Assembly: GCA_001512835.1 (NCBI GenBank)
Contig: LFRQ01000106.1
Span: 42,921 to 82,095 of the forward strand
Length of the DNA: 39,175 nt
Origin: Clostridia bacterium DTU022
GTDB lineage: Bacteria; Bacillota; Dethiobacteria; DTU022
Direction: 5' to 3'
Shown here: positions 16,174 through 24,944 of the stretch, piece by piece
Layout: every line of letters starts with the position of its first letter
Numbering within the stretch: position 1 is the first letter of the stretch
Position numbers and translations under genes: made by a program
Notes under the pieces: generated by a model
Databases searched by the model: none
What the model was told of the DNA's origin: nothing
The model's input: only the letters and a program-made list of their open reading frames with translations

Positions 16174-17391
16174 CTACTCGATCTCCAGGACCTCCAGGGG
16201 GCACTTGGGCAGCAGTTCGCACTCGTTTTCCCAGATGATGATGGGCGCCTCGTAGCGGAAGCCGATCTGCTCTTCGGGGCAGGCATACTGGATGGCGCAG
16301 ATGATCATCTCGCCCGCCTGGTAGCGGTGATTGGGATCGGTCCAGTAAGGAATGGGGCCCTCGTGACTCCCGATCCTCCACTCGTCCCCCACCATCCCGA
16401 TGCCGTGTTCAAATCCCGGCACCAGGTAGTCGGAGAACCCCCCTTCCTCGGCTATGGCCATCATCTCGGAGGCCATCTCCGAGGGGGTAATCCCCGCCCG
16501 GTATTTTTTCAGACAAGCCTTGACGATGGTCACGTAGTTGTTGGCATGCCATCTCTGGCGCTCGGTTACCGGGGCAAGAAGGTAATTAACGGTACTGTCG
16601 CCCAAGCCCAGCTTGAACGCGGCATGGAGATCCACCATCAGGGACTCCCCGGGCTGCAGCTTGCGCCTGGTGGCCGGAGTGCAAGCACCCCCGGCATAAC
16701 CCGTCCGGTAGCCGCTGGCAATTTCATTGCCTCCGGTAAAGGTCCACTCCCATTCGCTGCCGGCCTTCCGCATGGCATAAGTGGCGATCCCCGATATCTC
16801 CGTCTCGGTTAAATTCTTGAAGCCGCCGTTTATTAACGCTTCGTAAACGGCCCGGTGCCCTATGTCCGTCAGGCGCGACGCCTCCCGGAACCGGTTCATG
16901 GTCCCCTCATCCTTAATCAGGGAGAGGCGGTCAACGATGTGGTGGGCATTGATAAAGGTGGCCTCAGGAAGGGCGGCCCGGAAAGCCTCGTATTCATACT
17001 GGGTCAGGTTCCCCTCGGGCAGGTAGTTGGAAATGCCGGTCTCGTAGCCGATCCTTCCTTTTCCGCACTTCAGCTCGTCTTTAATGAAGTCGGCAATCTG
17101 GGTAATCTGGTCCTGTCCCCCCATGGGGGCATAACCCCGGACGTGATCTTCATCCAGCCAGGAATCATCGGCCACCCGGGCCGCATCGATAACAAAGGTG
17201 AAGGCCACGGGCAATCCCTCCCGGGGGATAACCACGTAGCTCCGCCAAGGGCAAAAGGCATCCATGGTCCAGGACAGGGTTCTTAGCCTGGAACCCAGGT
17301 ACACATCAAGGCCTTCCTTCTCCATCTCCTGCTGGATCATCTTTATCCGCCCGGGAAAATCAATGTAATAGGGATCGTGGTTAGTGGACAT
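16174..17391 (-). CDS. M24 (Xaa-Pro aminopeptidase/creatinase fold) family protein
   Basis: Creatinase-like N-domain, then LIKDEG, TETEI, MVDL...GDST, HGIG and GFRYE. Confidence 0.85.
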   Translation of the reverse strand: MSTNHDPYYIDFPGRIKMIQQEMEKEGLDVYLGSRLRTLSWTMDAFCPWRSYVVIPREGLPVAFTFVIDAARVADDSWLDEDHVRGYAPMGGQDQITQIADFIKDELKCGKGRIGYETGISNYLPEGNLTQYEYEAFRAALPEATFINAHHIVDRLSLIKDEGTMNRFREASRLTDIGHRAVYEALINGGFKNLTETEISGIATYAMRKAGSEWEWTFTGGNEIASGYRTGYAGGACTPATRRKLQPGESLMVDLHAAFKLGLGDSTVNYLLAPVTERQRWHANNYVTIVKACLKKYRAGITPSEMASEMMAIAEEGGFSDYLVPGFEHGIGMVGDEWRIGSHEGPIPYWTDPNHRYQAGEMIICAIQYACPEEQIGFRYEAPIIIWENECELLPKCPLEVLEIE

Positions 17392-17426
17392 CTCCTCTCT
17401 CCTTTCTCCTCTCTGTAAAGGATTTT

Positions 17427-17831
17427 TTAATATTCGGCATCTACCTTGGCCAGCACTTTGTTCAGCCGGTCCGCTATGGAGGCCAGTTTTAAAGCCTTCA
17501 CCATGTTGCCTTTCAACTTAAGTTTGCCGCTCATCAGCGCCAGCTGGGAGCCCAGCTTCCCCTGGGAGATCTGGGCAAAGGTGGCGTAGTCCCCGGTAAT
17601 CCTAAATTCCGCTTCCGGAGGTTCCCCTTCGCCCACGAGAAACTCTTTCAGTTCCCCGTTTTCATAGCGGAAGAACATGAACCTGGGTTTCCCGTCGGGA
17701 CAATTCAGGTAGATGTTGGACATGGAGGAGGTGACGTAATTCATCCGTTCGGGGGTCAACTCTTTTTTGAGCCTTGCTTCAACTTCTTCCTTCCACTCGG
17801 GGCTCAAGTACTTTACCGGCAATTCCTTCAC
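17427..17831 (-). CDS. SCP2 sterol/lipid-binding domain protein
   Basis: KYLSPEW N-terminus and ALMSGKLKLKGNMVKALKL SCP2 signature. Confidence 0.85.
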   Translation of the reverse strand: MKELPVKYLSPEWKEEVEARLKKELTPERMNYVTSSMSNIYLNCPDGKPRFMFFRYENGELKEFLVGEGEPPEAEFRITGDYATFAQISQGKLGSQLALMSGKLKLKGNMVKALKLASIADRLNKVLAKVDAEY

Positions 17832-17845
17832 CTTCCTTATTATAA

Positions 17846-18427
17846 TTATTTATTAATCAAGCCATGGAGCACCAGCTCCAGCGCTTGATTAAACAGGTTT
17901 AAAGTTGACTCCTTCCCCCGAATAATGTAGGCCTCGATAATGAACATCTTGTACATGGAAAAAAGCAGCCAGACAACGCTGTCCAGATCCACTTCTCGGA
18001 ATACTTTTTTCTCGATCCCTTCTTTCAGGACAGCTTTCAGCATATTTCTTGATCGTTCATTGATGTCAAAAAAGGGGTCTTCCCGGGGGAACATGGGGAA
18101 TATTTCGGGGTCCTGCACCAGCACATTTCTCATTTCTTCATCTTCGGCAAGGTATTGAAAAGCGCTAAAGGCCAAAACCGTGAGCTTGTTGATGGGCTCG
18201 GTCTCCTTTTTAACAGCCTCCTCAACCCGGTCCTGCCAGCGGGTTAAGGCTCCGGCAACGGTTCGCTCGTAAAGATCCCGCTTGTTCTTGACATAGAGGT
18301 AAAGGGCCCCCTTGGTCATGCCCAGTTCGGCGGCAATATCCTCCAGGGTGGCTTTTTTGTAGCCGTAGCGGGAGAAGATCTTCAAGGCAGCCCGGTACAG
18401 TTCGTTAAGCTTCTGTTGAGAATCCAT
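17846..18427 (-). CDS. TetR/AcrR family transcriptional regulator
   Basis: HTH FSRYGYKKATLEDIAAELGMTKGALYLY. Confidence 0.93.
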   Translation of the reverse strand: MDSQQKLNELYRAALKIFSRYGYKKATLEDIAAELGMTKGALYLYVKNKRDLYERTVAGALTRWQDRVEEAVKKETEPINKLTVLAFSAFQYLAEDEEMRNVLVQDPEIFPMFPREDPFFDINERSRNMLKAVLKEGIEKKVFREVDLDSVVWLLFSMYKMFIIEAYIIRGKESTLNLFNQALELVLHGLINK

Positions 18428-18439
18428 GCCGCAACTCTC

Positions 18440-18464
18440 CTAAACAAATGAACATTTTGTTTAG
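18440..18464. promoter_or_regulatory. Candidate TetR operator
   Basis: Palindrome CTAAACAAA-N7-TTTGTTTAG between the promoter and the tetR RBS, with an extra TTGTTTAG half-site at 18465-18472. Confidence 0.6.
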
Positions 18465-18476
18465 TTGTTTAGTTTT

Positions 18477-18505
18477 ATTATAATAAAAAATGGAGATTTT
18501 GTCAA
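18477..18505 (-). promoter_or_regulatory. Consensus SigA promoter of the tetR-SCP2-M24 operon
   Basis: Minus strand TTGACA-N17-TATAAT, perfect consensus. Confidence 0.85.
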
Positions 18506-18752
18506 GACCATCTAAACTTTCCTATTATCGGCCTGGGATATTGCCACCCTGAAATTGTTCTATGCAAATGTCACTGGGTATAAGAAGATCTTCCCCATTA
18601 TCCCGCTGAGGCGGCAAGCAAGCTTAAAAACAATATCTCCGCTTTTATCGAACGAAGGAATATAAGGGGCGTAGACCCGGCAAGAGATAAGGGGGTAGTA
18701 TATGCGGCAGCGCCAATATTCTCGTAAGTCCATGAATCCCGTGGGTGAAGGT

Positions 18753-18845
18753 TGAACCAAAGTCACTGTTTTCTTGGCTCAGGTGAACCAAAGTCACCGT
18801 TTTCCCGGCTCAGGTGGGCCAAAGTCACTGTCCCTCCGGCTTGCG
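18753..18845. repeat. 31-bp tandem repeat, three degenerate copies
   Basis: TGAACCAAAGTCACTGTTTTCTTGGCTCAGG at 18753, 18784 and 18815, with no spacers. Confidence 0.8.
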
Positions 18846-19273
18846 GAGGACAAAAGATACCGCTGAAACAACAGGCCCAGGGTCAGACCGAATATGAGCG
18901 CACCCGCCAAGTGCAGGTAGTAGTCCTCCGTGGGCCGGGGCTGTATTAAGCCTCCCCCTTCAATGGTCCAGGTGAAAAGCAGCTCGGAGATTAGCCAGGC
19001 CAACAAGCCGATCAGGATCCCCTTGAGGACCGGGTAATCGGCGCCAACAAGGCGGAGCATATAGTAGAAGGCCGCGGCGGCTACCATGCCGATAAAGCCG
19101 CTGACGATAAACCCCAGGATGGGGTCGGGCCGGTCCATGGTAATCATCAGGCTGGAGAGCTCGTATTCGCTGTATTTCCCGATATCGAAAGCCAGGAGGA
19201 TCCGCGCCAGCACTTCATAAGGTATGGTGGCCAAGACTCCCAGCAAGGACGCTTCTACCAATTTCCGGTGCAT
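18794..19273 (-). CDS. Hypothetical 4-TM membrane protein (DUF6789-like)
   Basis: Four hydrophobic segments; KGILIGLLAW and HLAGALIFG. Confidence 0.75.
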   Translation of the reverse strand: MHRKLVEASLLGVLATIPYEVLARILLAFDIGKYSEYELSSLMITMDRPDPILGFIVSGFIGMVAAAAFYYMLRLVGADYPVLKGILIGLLAWLISELLFTWTIEGGGLIQPRPTEDYYLHLAGALIFGLTLGLLFQRYLLSSASRRDSDFGPPEPGKR

Positions 19274-19344
19274 GCCTCAAACCCCTTTACTAGTGCTCTT
19301 AAATGCTCCGTGGCGCCTGCCGGCCGGCCTGGAGCCCCGGAAAA

Positions 19345-19788
19345 TTATGTCCTTACCCTCCTATCCAGCCACTGCAGAGATTGAGCCGTGGCCAGCCCCC
19401 AGAGCAAACCTCCCATATGGTTGGAAAACACCGTGGCAAAAGAGTGCTTGGTGAGAAAAGGTGCTTGAAAAAGGATAGGCACGGCATATAAGGCAAAGCC
19501 GGTTATCACTCCAAAGAAGGCCCCCTTGATGAGGTATCCCCTGGAGGTGACTACGGGGACCAGGAAAGCAAAGAGCACTCCCAGCAGCCCGGTCCAGAGA
19601 AGCTGCATCAGCAGGGCAAAAGCTCCCTGCAAATGGCTCCGGGGCAAATCGCCGAAGAGCGCCACCCCGGCCCATTCGATAAAACTTAACAGCTCCCATT
19701 TTAAGACAAAGCGAGAAACCAAAGACCATAAATTCATCGCTATCCCGCCAACAAGGCCCGACACCAGGCCTCGGAAGAACCTGTCCAA
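19345..19788 (-). CDS. Hypothetical 4-TM membrane protein, distant paralog of the neighbouring gene
   Basis: MDRFFRGLVSGLVGG, KGAFFG, NHMGGLLWG. Confidence 0.75.
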   Translation of the reverse strand: MDRFFRGLVSGLVGGIAMNLWSLVSRFVLKWELLSFIEWAGVALFGDLPRSHLQGAFALLMQLLWTGLLGVLFAFLVPVVTSRGYLIKGAFFGVITGFALYAVPILFQAPFLTKHSFATVFSNHMGGLLWGLATAQSLQWLDRRVRT

Positions 19789-19923
19789 AGGGGATCACCT
19801 TCTCGGTACAGGATTAATCAGGCGGTTATATTTTATCCTTATTCAACTTAATTTAAAGACTGGGTTTGATTTTGTTTGTAAATGAGAGGCGGCCGCAAGG
19901 GGGCGCTGTCTCCAGCCTGGCCG

Positions 19924-19956
19924 GAAGCCTGGCTTGAAGCCTGGCTTGAAGCTGGC
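19924..19956. repeat. 12-bp tandem repeat GAAGCCTGGCTT (~2.7 copies)
   Basis: Seen directly in the intergenic region. Confidence 0.6.
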
Positions 19957-20021
19957 CAAAATAAATCAGGGCCGCAACGGCCCTCATTGATAGGAAAAGT
20001 TATGGCTCTATCGGTTACCGT

Positions 20022-21287
20022 TTATTCCTCTTCCCGGCTGAAGAAGGCCTCTTTCCGGCTGGAGAAATTGTATCTCTCCAGGATTTGGACCAGGGTGTCG
20101 TACTGTTTTTTGATGGTTTCCACGCGGGCGGCGCTGTGATTATATTTTTCCGGGGGGTTGGACAGGATCATGGAAACGGGTATGACCCGGTGGCGCCAGT
20201 CAATATGGCAGATATTGATTTCATAATTGACATCGGCAATCCACGCTTCGCCGCTGTTCATGTCCTTGGCCAGCTCGATGGTGGCCAAAATTCCGTAGCG
20301 GGTTAAATCCGTGGGGACCCCGTCGGTGAGGTGCTGGTTGGTGCAAAAGTTGCCCAGGGCATTGATCACCACCGCCCGGTGTTCGCTGCCGTCGTCCTTC
20401 TCCACGGTAATTAAATCCAGGGGCTGCAAGACATGGGGATGGGTGCCGATGATCAGGTCTGCTCCCGCCTTGGCCAGCTCCTGGGCGATCTCCTTCTGCC
20501 GGGCCGAAGGCTCATGATTGTATTCTTCTCCCCAATGCATGTAGACGGCCACCAGGTCCGCCCCCGCCTGGCGCGTCTTAATAATGTCCTCCACCACCGG
20601 CTGGACGGTCTCAAAATTGGGGATGTGGTTGATGGCGTACTCGTGGCCGGCAGGAGGATAGAAGCCGTTGGTATTGTAAGTGTAAGAGACAAAGCCGACC
20701 TTAATGCCGTTTACATCGAGAACATGAGGCGTATTCCGCTCTTCCCAGCTCTTATAGGTGCCGATCACCGTCAGGCCGTGGGAGCGGATGTGATCGATGG
20801 TTTTCATCAGTCCTTCATAGCCGCGGTCCATGATATGATTGTTGGCGGTATTGAAGACATCAAAGCCGGCATCTTTTAAATTCTTGGTCAACTCCAGGGG
20901 AGCATTAAAGGTAGGGTAGCCGGTATAACCGCCTCCCGGTCCGGCCTGGGCGGTTTCAAAAGTGACCACCGCCAGATCCGCCGCCTTGATCAAAGGAGCG
21001 ATGATTTCAAAGCTGGGGCTGAAATCGTACTTCCCGTCCCCCAGGTGGGCCTGCACTATCTGCGGGCGGTGGGGATAGATGGCTCCCACGTTGGCTATGG
21101 TGGCGGTGCGGATATCGGGAACAGGCTCCTCATCCTCTTTCGGCTCCTGGTTTTCGTCACCGTTGTCCGGGGGCAGCTTCGGTTCGGCATTGTCGAAGAG
21201 CACTCCCAAATAGTAGCCGGCGGCAAAAAAGATCGCCATCGCCAATAAAACCAGGCCTATCAGGTGCTTGCGGCGCATTAAGTCCAC
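20022..21287 (-). CDS. CapA/PgsA-family metallophosphoesterase-fold protein, membrane-anchored
   Basis: N-terminal TM; GYPTFNAP, TANNHIMDRG, MHWGEEY, IIGTHPHVLQ, LGNF. Confidence 0.9.
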   Translation of the reverse strand: MDLMRRKHLIGLVLLAMAIFFAAGYYLGVLFDNAEPKLPPDNGDENQEPKEDEEPVPDIRTATIANVGAIYPHRPQIVQAHLGDGKYDFSPSFEIIAPLIKAADLAVVTFETAQAGPGGGYTGYPTFNAPLELTKNLKDAGFDVFNTANNHIMDRGYEGLMKTIDHIRSHGLTVIGTYKSWEERNTPHVLDVNGIKVGFVSYTYNTNGFYPPAGHEYAINHIPNFETVQPVVEDIIKTRQAGADLVAVYMHWGEEYNHEPSARQKEIAQELAKAGADLIIGTHPHVLQPLDLITVEKDDGSEHRAVVINALGNFCTNQHLTDGVPTDLTRYGILATIELAKDMNSGEAWIADVNYEINICHIDWRHRVIPVSMILSNPPEKYNHSAARVETIKKQYDTLVQILERYNFSSRKEAFFSREEE

Positions 21288-21376
21288 TCCCTGCCTTTAA
21301 TCCTTTAGTGCTTGACTTATTGATTATAACACATTGTCCCGGCACCAGGAACTCCAAGTCATCCCCAATAAAAGAA

Positions 21377-22696
21377 TTACCCCTGGACGAGCCAGCGCAG
21401 CACGGCGTAGAGCCAATCCCAGCGGGCACCCTCTCCGCCGTGAGTGTTTACCCTGCCGCTGGGGGGGGCGTAGCCGAGCTCCGGGTGCATGCCCAGCAGC
21501 AGCGCTTTGCCCCGCCCCTGGGCCGCCGCCACCGCCGCAGGCTCCCCGTTGACGTCGTAACGGGCCAGCACCTGGACCTGATCCCCCAATTCCTCGAAAG
21601 GAGCAAAGTAAGGGCCGTCAAAGTAGAACATCTCCAGGCTGGGCTCGGAGAACTCATTATTGGCCGGATGCGACCCCTCCAATCGAATTGCTGTTTTCTC
21701 TCCCCAGCTTACATACCTGCTCATCGGCCCGATGCCCCGGCCCGGAAACAGGTCCAGGGGGTAGTCTGAATTTTCCCCTTTCCATACCATTACATCCGCG
21801 GCATAGTACGCGCCGGCACAGATGCCGATATATTTGCCCCCGTTGCGCACGAACTCCCTGATTTTGCCATGATCCGGAATATTGTACTTATATTCCGCTG
21901 AAAAACCGCCCGGGAACCAGAGGAGATCGAAGTTGGCCTGAAGGTCCATCTCCAGGATATCGTTCTCATCAAACCCCTGCCACCGGATGCCGTAGTAATC
22001 AAGAAAATTGGCCAGGGCCTCCACGTTGGCCTCCCAGGTTCCCTTCCCGGTATAAAGGCCGACCCGGGGGTCAAAGACTTCCTCCTTGATCCTGGCTACT
22101 ACCAGCTCGCAGCCCCGGCTTTCGTTAAGATTTCCCCTCAGAGAAGACACCGCAGATTGATCGGCAGCCCCGGCGGCAGCCGGCTCCGGGTCCAGCAGGA
22201 AAGAAGCCCGGCTGTCGTCCCCCTGCACCTCTTTCAAAGGGAGCCAGAGGTAGTAGAAGCCGCCTTCATCCTCAGCCAGCAACTGTTTCAGCTCATCGCC
22301 GCTTAAAGCAGCGGGGGCGCCGGCCAGATCCAAGGTCAACCGGTTTATGCTGCTGGAAACCAGGCCCTCCGCTTCATAGAACTGGGCCGGCAGCTGAAAT
22401 TGCTCCAGTCTTCCCGGCGGCTTTCCCTGGGTCAAGCCTTCCGGGAGCCAGGAAGAGCCTTTAAGCTCTCCTTCCAGCCCGGAACTGAGCTCCTGGAGAT
22501 AGTCTCCGGATAAAGGGATCATCACCAGGAGAAGTTTATCCGGTCCGGCAAAACCTTCTTCGGGGTCGTTCTCCACCGGGCGGGAAAAGATGGGCTCGGC
22601 CAGCTTCCCAATGCCGAAGGCGGCGACAATGGCGGCCAAGCAAATAATTGCCAGAAGGAGGCGCTTCTTCATTTTTCTTTTCGCTTTTCTTTTCAT
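21377..22696 (-). CDS. Membrane-anchored BPL_N / class I glutamine-amidotransferase-like protein
   Basis: N-terminal basic plus TM segment; FPGGFS, GGKYIGICAGAYYA, HPE. Confidence 0.8.
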   Translation of the reverse strand: MKRKAKRKMKKRLLLAIICLAAIVAAFGIGKLAEPIFSRPVENDPEEGFAGPDKLLLVMIPLSGDYLQELSSGLEGELKGSSWLPEGLTQGKPPGRLEQFQLPAQFYEAEGLVSSSINRLTLDLAGAPAALSGDELKQLLAEDEGGFYYLWLPLKEVQGDDSRASFLLDPEPAAAGAADQSAVSSLRGNLNESRGCELVVARIKEEVFDPRVGLYTGKGTWEANVEALANFLDYYGIRWQGFDENDILEMDLQANFDLLWFPGGFSAEYKYNIPDHGKIREFVRNGGKYIGICAGAYYAADVMVWKGENSDYPLDLFPGRGIGPMSRYVSWGEKTAIRLEGSHPANNEFSEPSLEMFYFDGPYFAPFEELGDQVQVLARYDVNGEPAAVAAAQGRGKALLLGMHPELGYAPPSGRVNTHGGEGARWDWLYAVLRWLVQG

Positions 22697-22986
22697 CAGG
22701 GTCCGGCACCATCGGCAATCAGGAGGTGCCCTGTCCGCCCTTTCCTTTTGTACTTAATCTTTGTATTGATCATTAGTATTGTACTTTATATTTCTTCTGG
22801 CGACAAACTATTTCAATCATATTTTATAGATTATTTGACCAAGACTTAATTAATAGGCATAGCCAAACCCAACCCCGGCCCAACCCTCGGGTTGGGATGG
22901 TCGAAAAGGAGGCCGTGGAAGGGTGAAAAAACTCCCCGGATATAACAAAATCTTGAAAAACATTTAGGTCACCCCGGCGGCACTGG

Positions 22987-23017
22987 AAAAAAGAAAACGG
23001 CCACCCCTTAGGTGGCC
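22987..23017 (-). terminator. Terminator of the tRNA operon
   Basis: GGCCACC-N5-GGTGGCC followed on the minus strand by GTTTTCTTTTTT. Confidence 0.75.
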
Positions 23018-23043
23018 TTATTCTTCAAAAACGCCAATAAAAT

Positions 23044-23132
23044 TGGTGCCGGGGACCGGAATCGAACCGGTACGGGCCTCACGGCCCGAGGGATTTTAAG
23101 TCCCTTGCGTCTGCCAATTCCGCCACCCCGGC
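23044..23132 (-). tRNA. tRNA-Leu(TAA)
   Basis: Anticodon arm GGACT-TAA-AATCC, long variable arm, GGTTCGA T-loop, encoded CCA. Confidence 0.95.
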
Positions 23133-23141
23133 AAAAAAAAA

Positions 23142-23215
23142 TGGAGGCGACACCCGGATTCGAACCGGGGATAAAGGATTTGCAGTCCTCTGCCTTACCA
23201 CTTGGCTATGTCGCC
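23142..23215 (-). tRNA. tRNA-Cys(GCA)
   Basis: GGACT-GCA-AATCC anticodon arm, GGTTCGAATCC, ends TCCA. Confidence 0.95.
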
Positions 23216-23223
23216 TAAAAAAA

Positions 23224-23298
23224 TGGAGCGGAAGACGGGATTTGAACCCGCGACCCTCGCCTTGGCAAGGCGATGCTCTACCACTGAGCCACTTCCGC
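23224..23298 (-). tRNA. tRNA-Gly(GCC)
   Basis: 5' GCGGAAG, GCCTT-GCC-AAGGC, GGTTCAAATCC, CCA. Confidence 0.95.
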
Positions 23299-23305
23299 AT
23301 ATATA

Positions 23306-23381
<76 letters not shown>

Positions 23382-23386
23382 AAGTA

Positions 23387-23463
23387 TGGCGGAGCTGACG
23401 GGACTTGAACCCGCGGTCTCCGGCTTGACAGGCCGGTATGTTAACCGACTACACCACAGCTCC
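23387..23463 (-). tRNA. tRNA-Asp(GTC)
   Basis: 5' GGAGCTG, CGGCCT-GTC-AAGCCG, GGTTCAAGTCC, GCCA. Confidence 0.95.
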
Positions 23464-23473
23464 AGCATAGTTT

Positions 23474-23502
23474 AGTATACACAAGGACCTGTGAAAAGTC
23501 AA
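23474..23502 (-). promoter_or_regulatory. SigA promoter of the tRNA operon
   Basis: Minus strand TTGACT-N17-TATACT, about 10 nt upstream of tRNA-Asp. Confidence 0.8.
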
Positions 23503-23542
23503 CATTTCCGGCCTGCTTAAATATTACCCGGGCTTCCCCGGT

Positions 23543-24238
23543 TCAATCCAGGCTCAGCATCTTGGAGGCCTTCTCTTCCTCCATCTCCCGACGCACCCGG
23601 GCCAGCCTCTCTTCTTCGGCGGAGCTATAATAGATCAGGCTTTGCAGTTCGATGGTCAGGTCGGCATTGTCCAGGTGGACCCCCTCGGGAACCTCAATCC
23701 TGGCCGGGGCAAAATTCAATATGGCCTTGATCCCATAGGGGACGATCTGGTCCACCACTTCCTGGGCCGACTCCGCCGGCACGGTAATGATCGCTACTTT
23801 AATATTGTACTGCTCGATAATGCCGCCGACTTCCTTAATATCATAAATGGGGATGCCGGCAATGTTCTGGCCGATCAACTGGGGATCCCGGTCAAAAACG
23901 GCCACCACGTTGACATAGGAATTTTTCGTAGCGTTGTAGCGGGTCAGCGCCGTTCCCAGGTGCCCCGCCCCGATAATTATGATATTAGTCTTTTTGTCCA
24001 GGCCGATAATCTTCAGTATCTTTTCCCGCAAGAAATGGGTGTTATAGCCGGTTCCCCGGGTCCCAAAAGCCCCGAAATAAGCCAGATCCTTGCGAATCTG
24101 CTCCGCAGAGAAGCCAGACTCGGCGCTCAACTCTTTGGAAGAGATTATCTCCACATCCCAGCGTATTAAGTTATCCAGGATGCGCAGGTAAACGGGCAAT
24201 CTTTTGACAACGGACTTGGATACAGGGCGGGAGGCCAC
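23543..24238 (-). CDS. rex: Redox-sensing transcriptional repressor Rex
   Basis: KRLPVYLR, QIRKDLAYFGAFGTRGTGY, GAGHLGTAL, ILNFAP. Confidence 0.96.
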   Translation of the reverse strand: MASRPVSKSVVKRLPVYLRILDNLIRWDVEIISSKELSAESGFSAEQIRKDLAYFGAFGTRGTGYNTHFLREKILKIIGLDKKTNIIIIGAGHLGTALTRYNATKNSYVNVVAVFDRDPQLIGQNIAGIPIYDIKEVGGIIEQYNIKVAIITVPAESAQEVVDQIVPYGIKAILNFAPARIEVPEGVHLDNADLTIELQSLIYYSSAEEERLARVRREMEEEKASKMLSLD

Positions 24239-24383
24239 CGGTTCTCCTCCTTCCCAGGGTGGGCCTGCGAAAAATTTGCCGCTTTTGATTTATTATATAA
24301 CACAATTTAAAAGCGCAGGCAACTTGCCTTAGGCCAAATATTTTAAATTTATGCAATAATTTTATAATTTTCCCTTCCCCGGA

Positions 24384-24944
24384 TCAATGCTTCTGGATGG
24401 TAAAGAGCTCCGGCGGGCAGCCCGCCTGGTTGATAAAGGCGTGGTGGGTCACTGTAAACGCTCTCTGGTCCAGGGCGCGGCAGAGTTCCTCCAAGACTTC
24501 CTTCTCCTTTAGGCTTCCCGGGTGTCCGGTATAGGCCACCACGCTGATTATCCCCCCTTTTTCCAGCAGCTCCAGGGCGCTCTCCAGGGCGGCCCGGGTA
24601 GTCTCCGGCCTGGTAATGATGGCATGATCCCCTCCCGGGAGATAGCCCAGGTTGAACATGACCACCTTGATTTGGCGGTGGATATAGGCAGCCAGGTGTT
24701 CATGCCCGGCTTCGAAAAGGGTAACCCGTTGGCGAAGGCCCGCCTGGGCCAGGAGCGCTTCCGTCTTCTCCAGGGCCTGGGGCTGAACGTCAAAGGCGTA
24801 AACATGACCGGAAGATCCCACCCGCTGCGCCAGGAACAGGGTGTCCTTCCCGTTGCCCGCCGTGGCGTCCACCGCCAGGCTCCCCTCCTCAAGAAAGGGC
24901 GCTACGATGCGCTGGGCCAGTTCATAAGCCTTGGTAAAAACCAT
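24384..24944 (-). CDS. Class I SAM-dependent methyltransferase (YtqB/MnmM-like)
   Basis: VDATAGNGKDTLFLA, MFNLGYLPGGDH, YTGHPG. Confidence 0.88.
   Translation of the reverse strand: MVFTKAYELAQRIVAPFLEEGSLAVDATAGNGKDTLFLAQRVGSSGHVYAFDVQPQALEKTEALLAQAGLRQRVTLFEAGHEHLAAYIHRQIKVVMFNLGYLPGGDHAIITRPETTRAALESALELLEKGGIISVVAYTGHPGSLKEKEVLEELCRALDQRAFTVTHHAFINQAGCPPELFTIQKH

Noticed and set aside
18520-18750. 68-aa minus-strand ORF (18560-18766) or possible sRNA
   Set aside because: No RBS, no motif, and no convincing extended structure.
18753-18845. Possible mini-CRISPR array
   Set aside because: The units are contiguous with no unique spacers, and there are no cas genes. It is a tandem repeat.
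22740-23044. AT-rich stretch beyond the tRNA-Leu 3' end as a possible island attachment site
   Set aside because: No integrase and no duplicated tRNA 3' end were seen. It looks like a terminator plus a promoter region.
24280-24370. Rex operator upstream of rex
   Set aside because: Only a TTGTG half-site is present; the palindrome is too poor to call.
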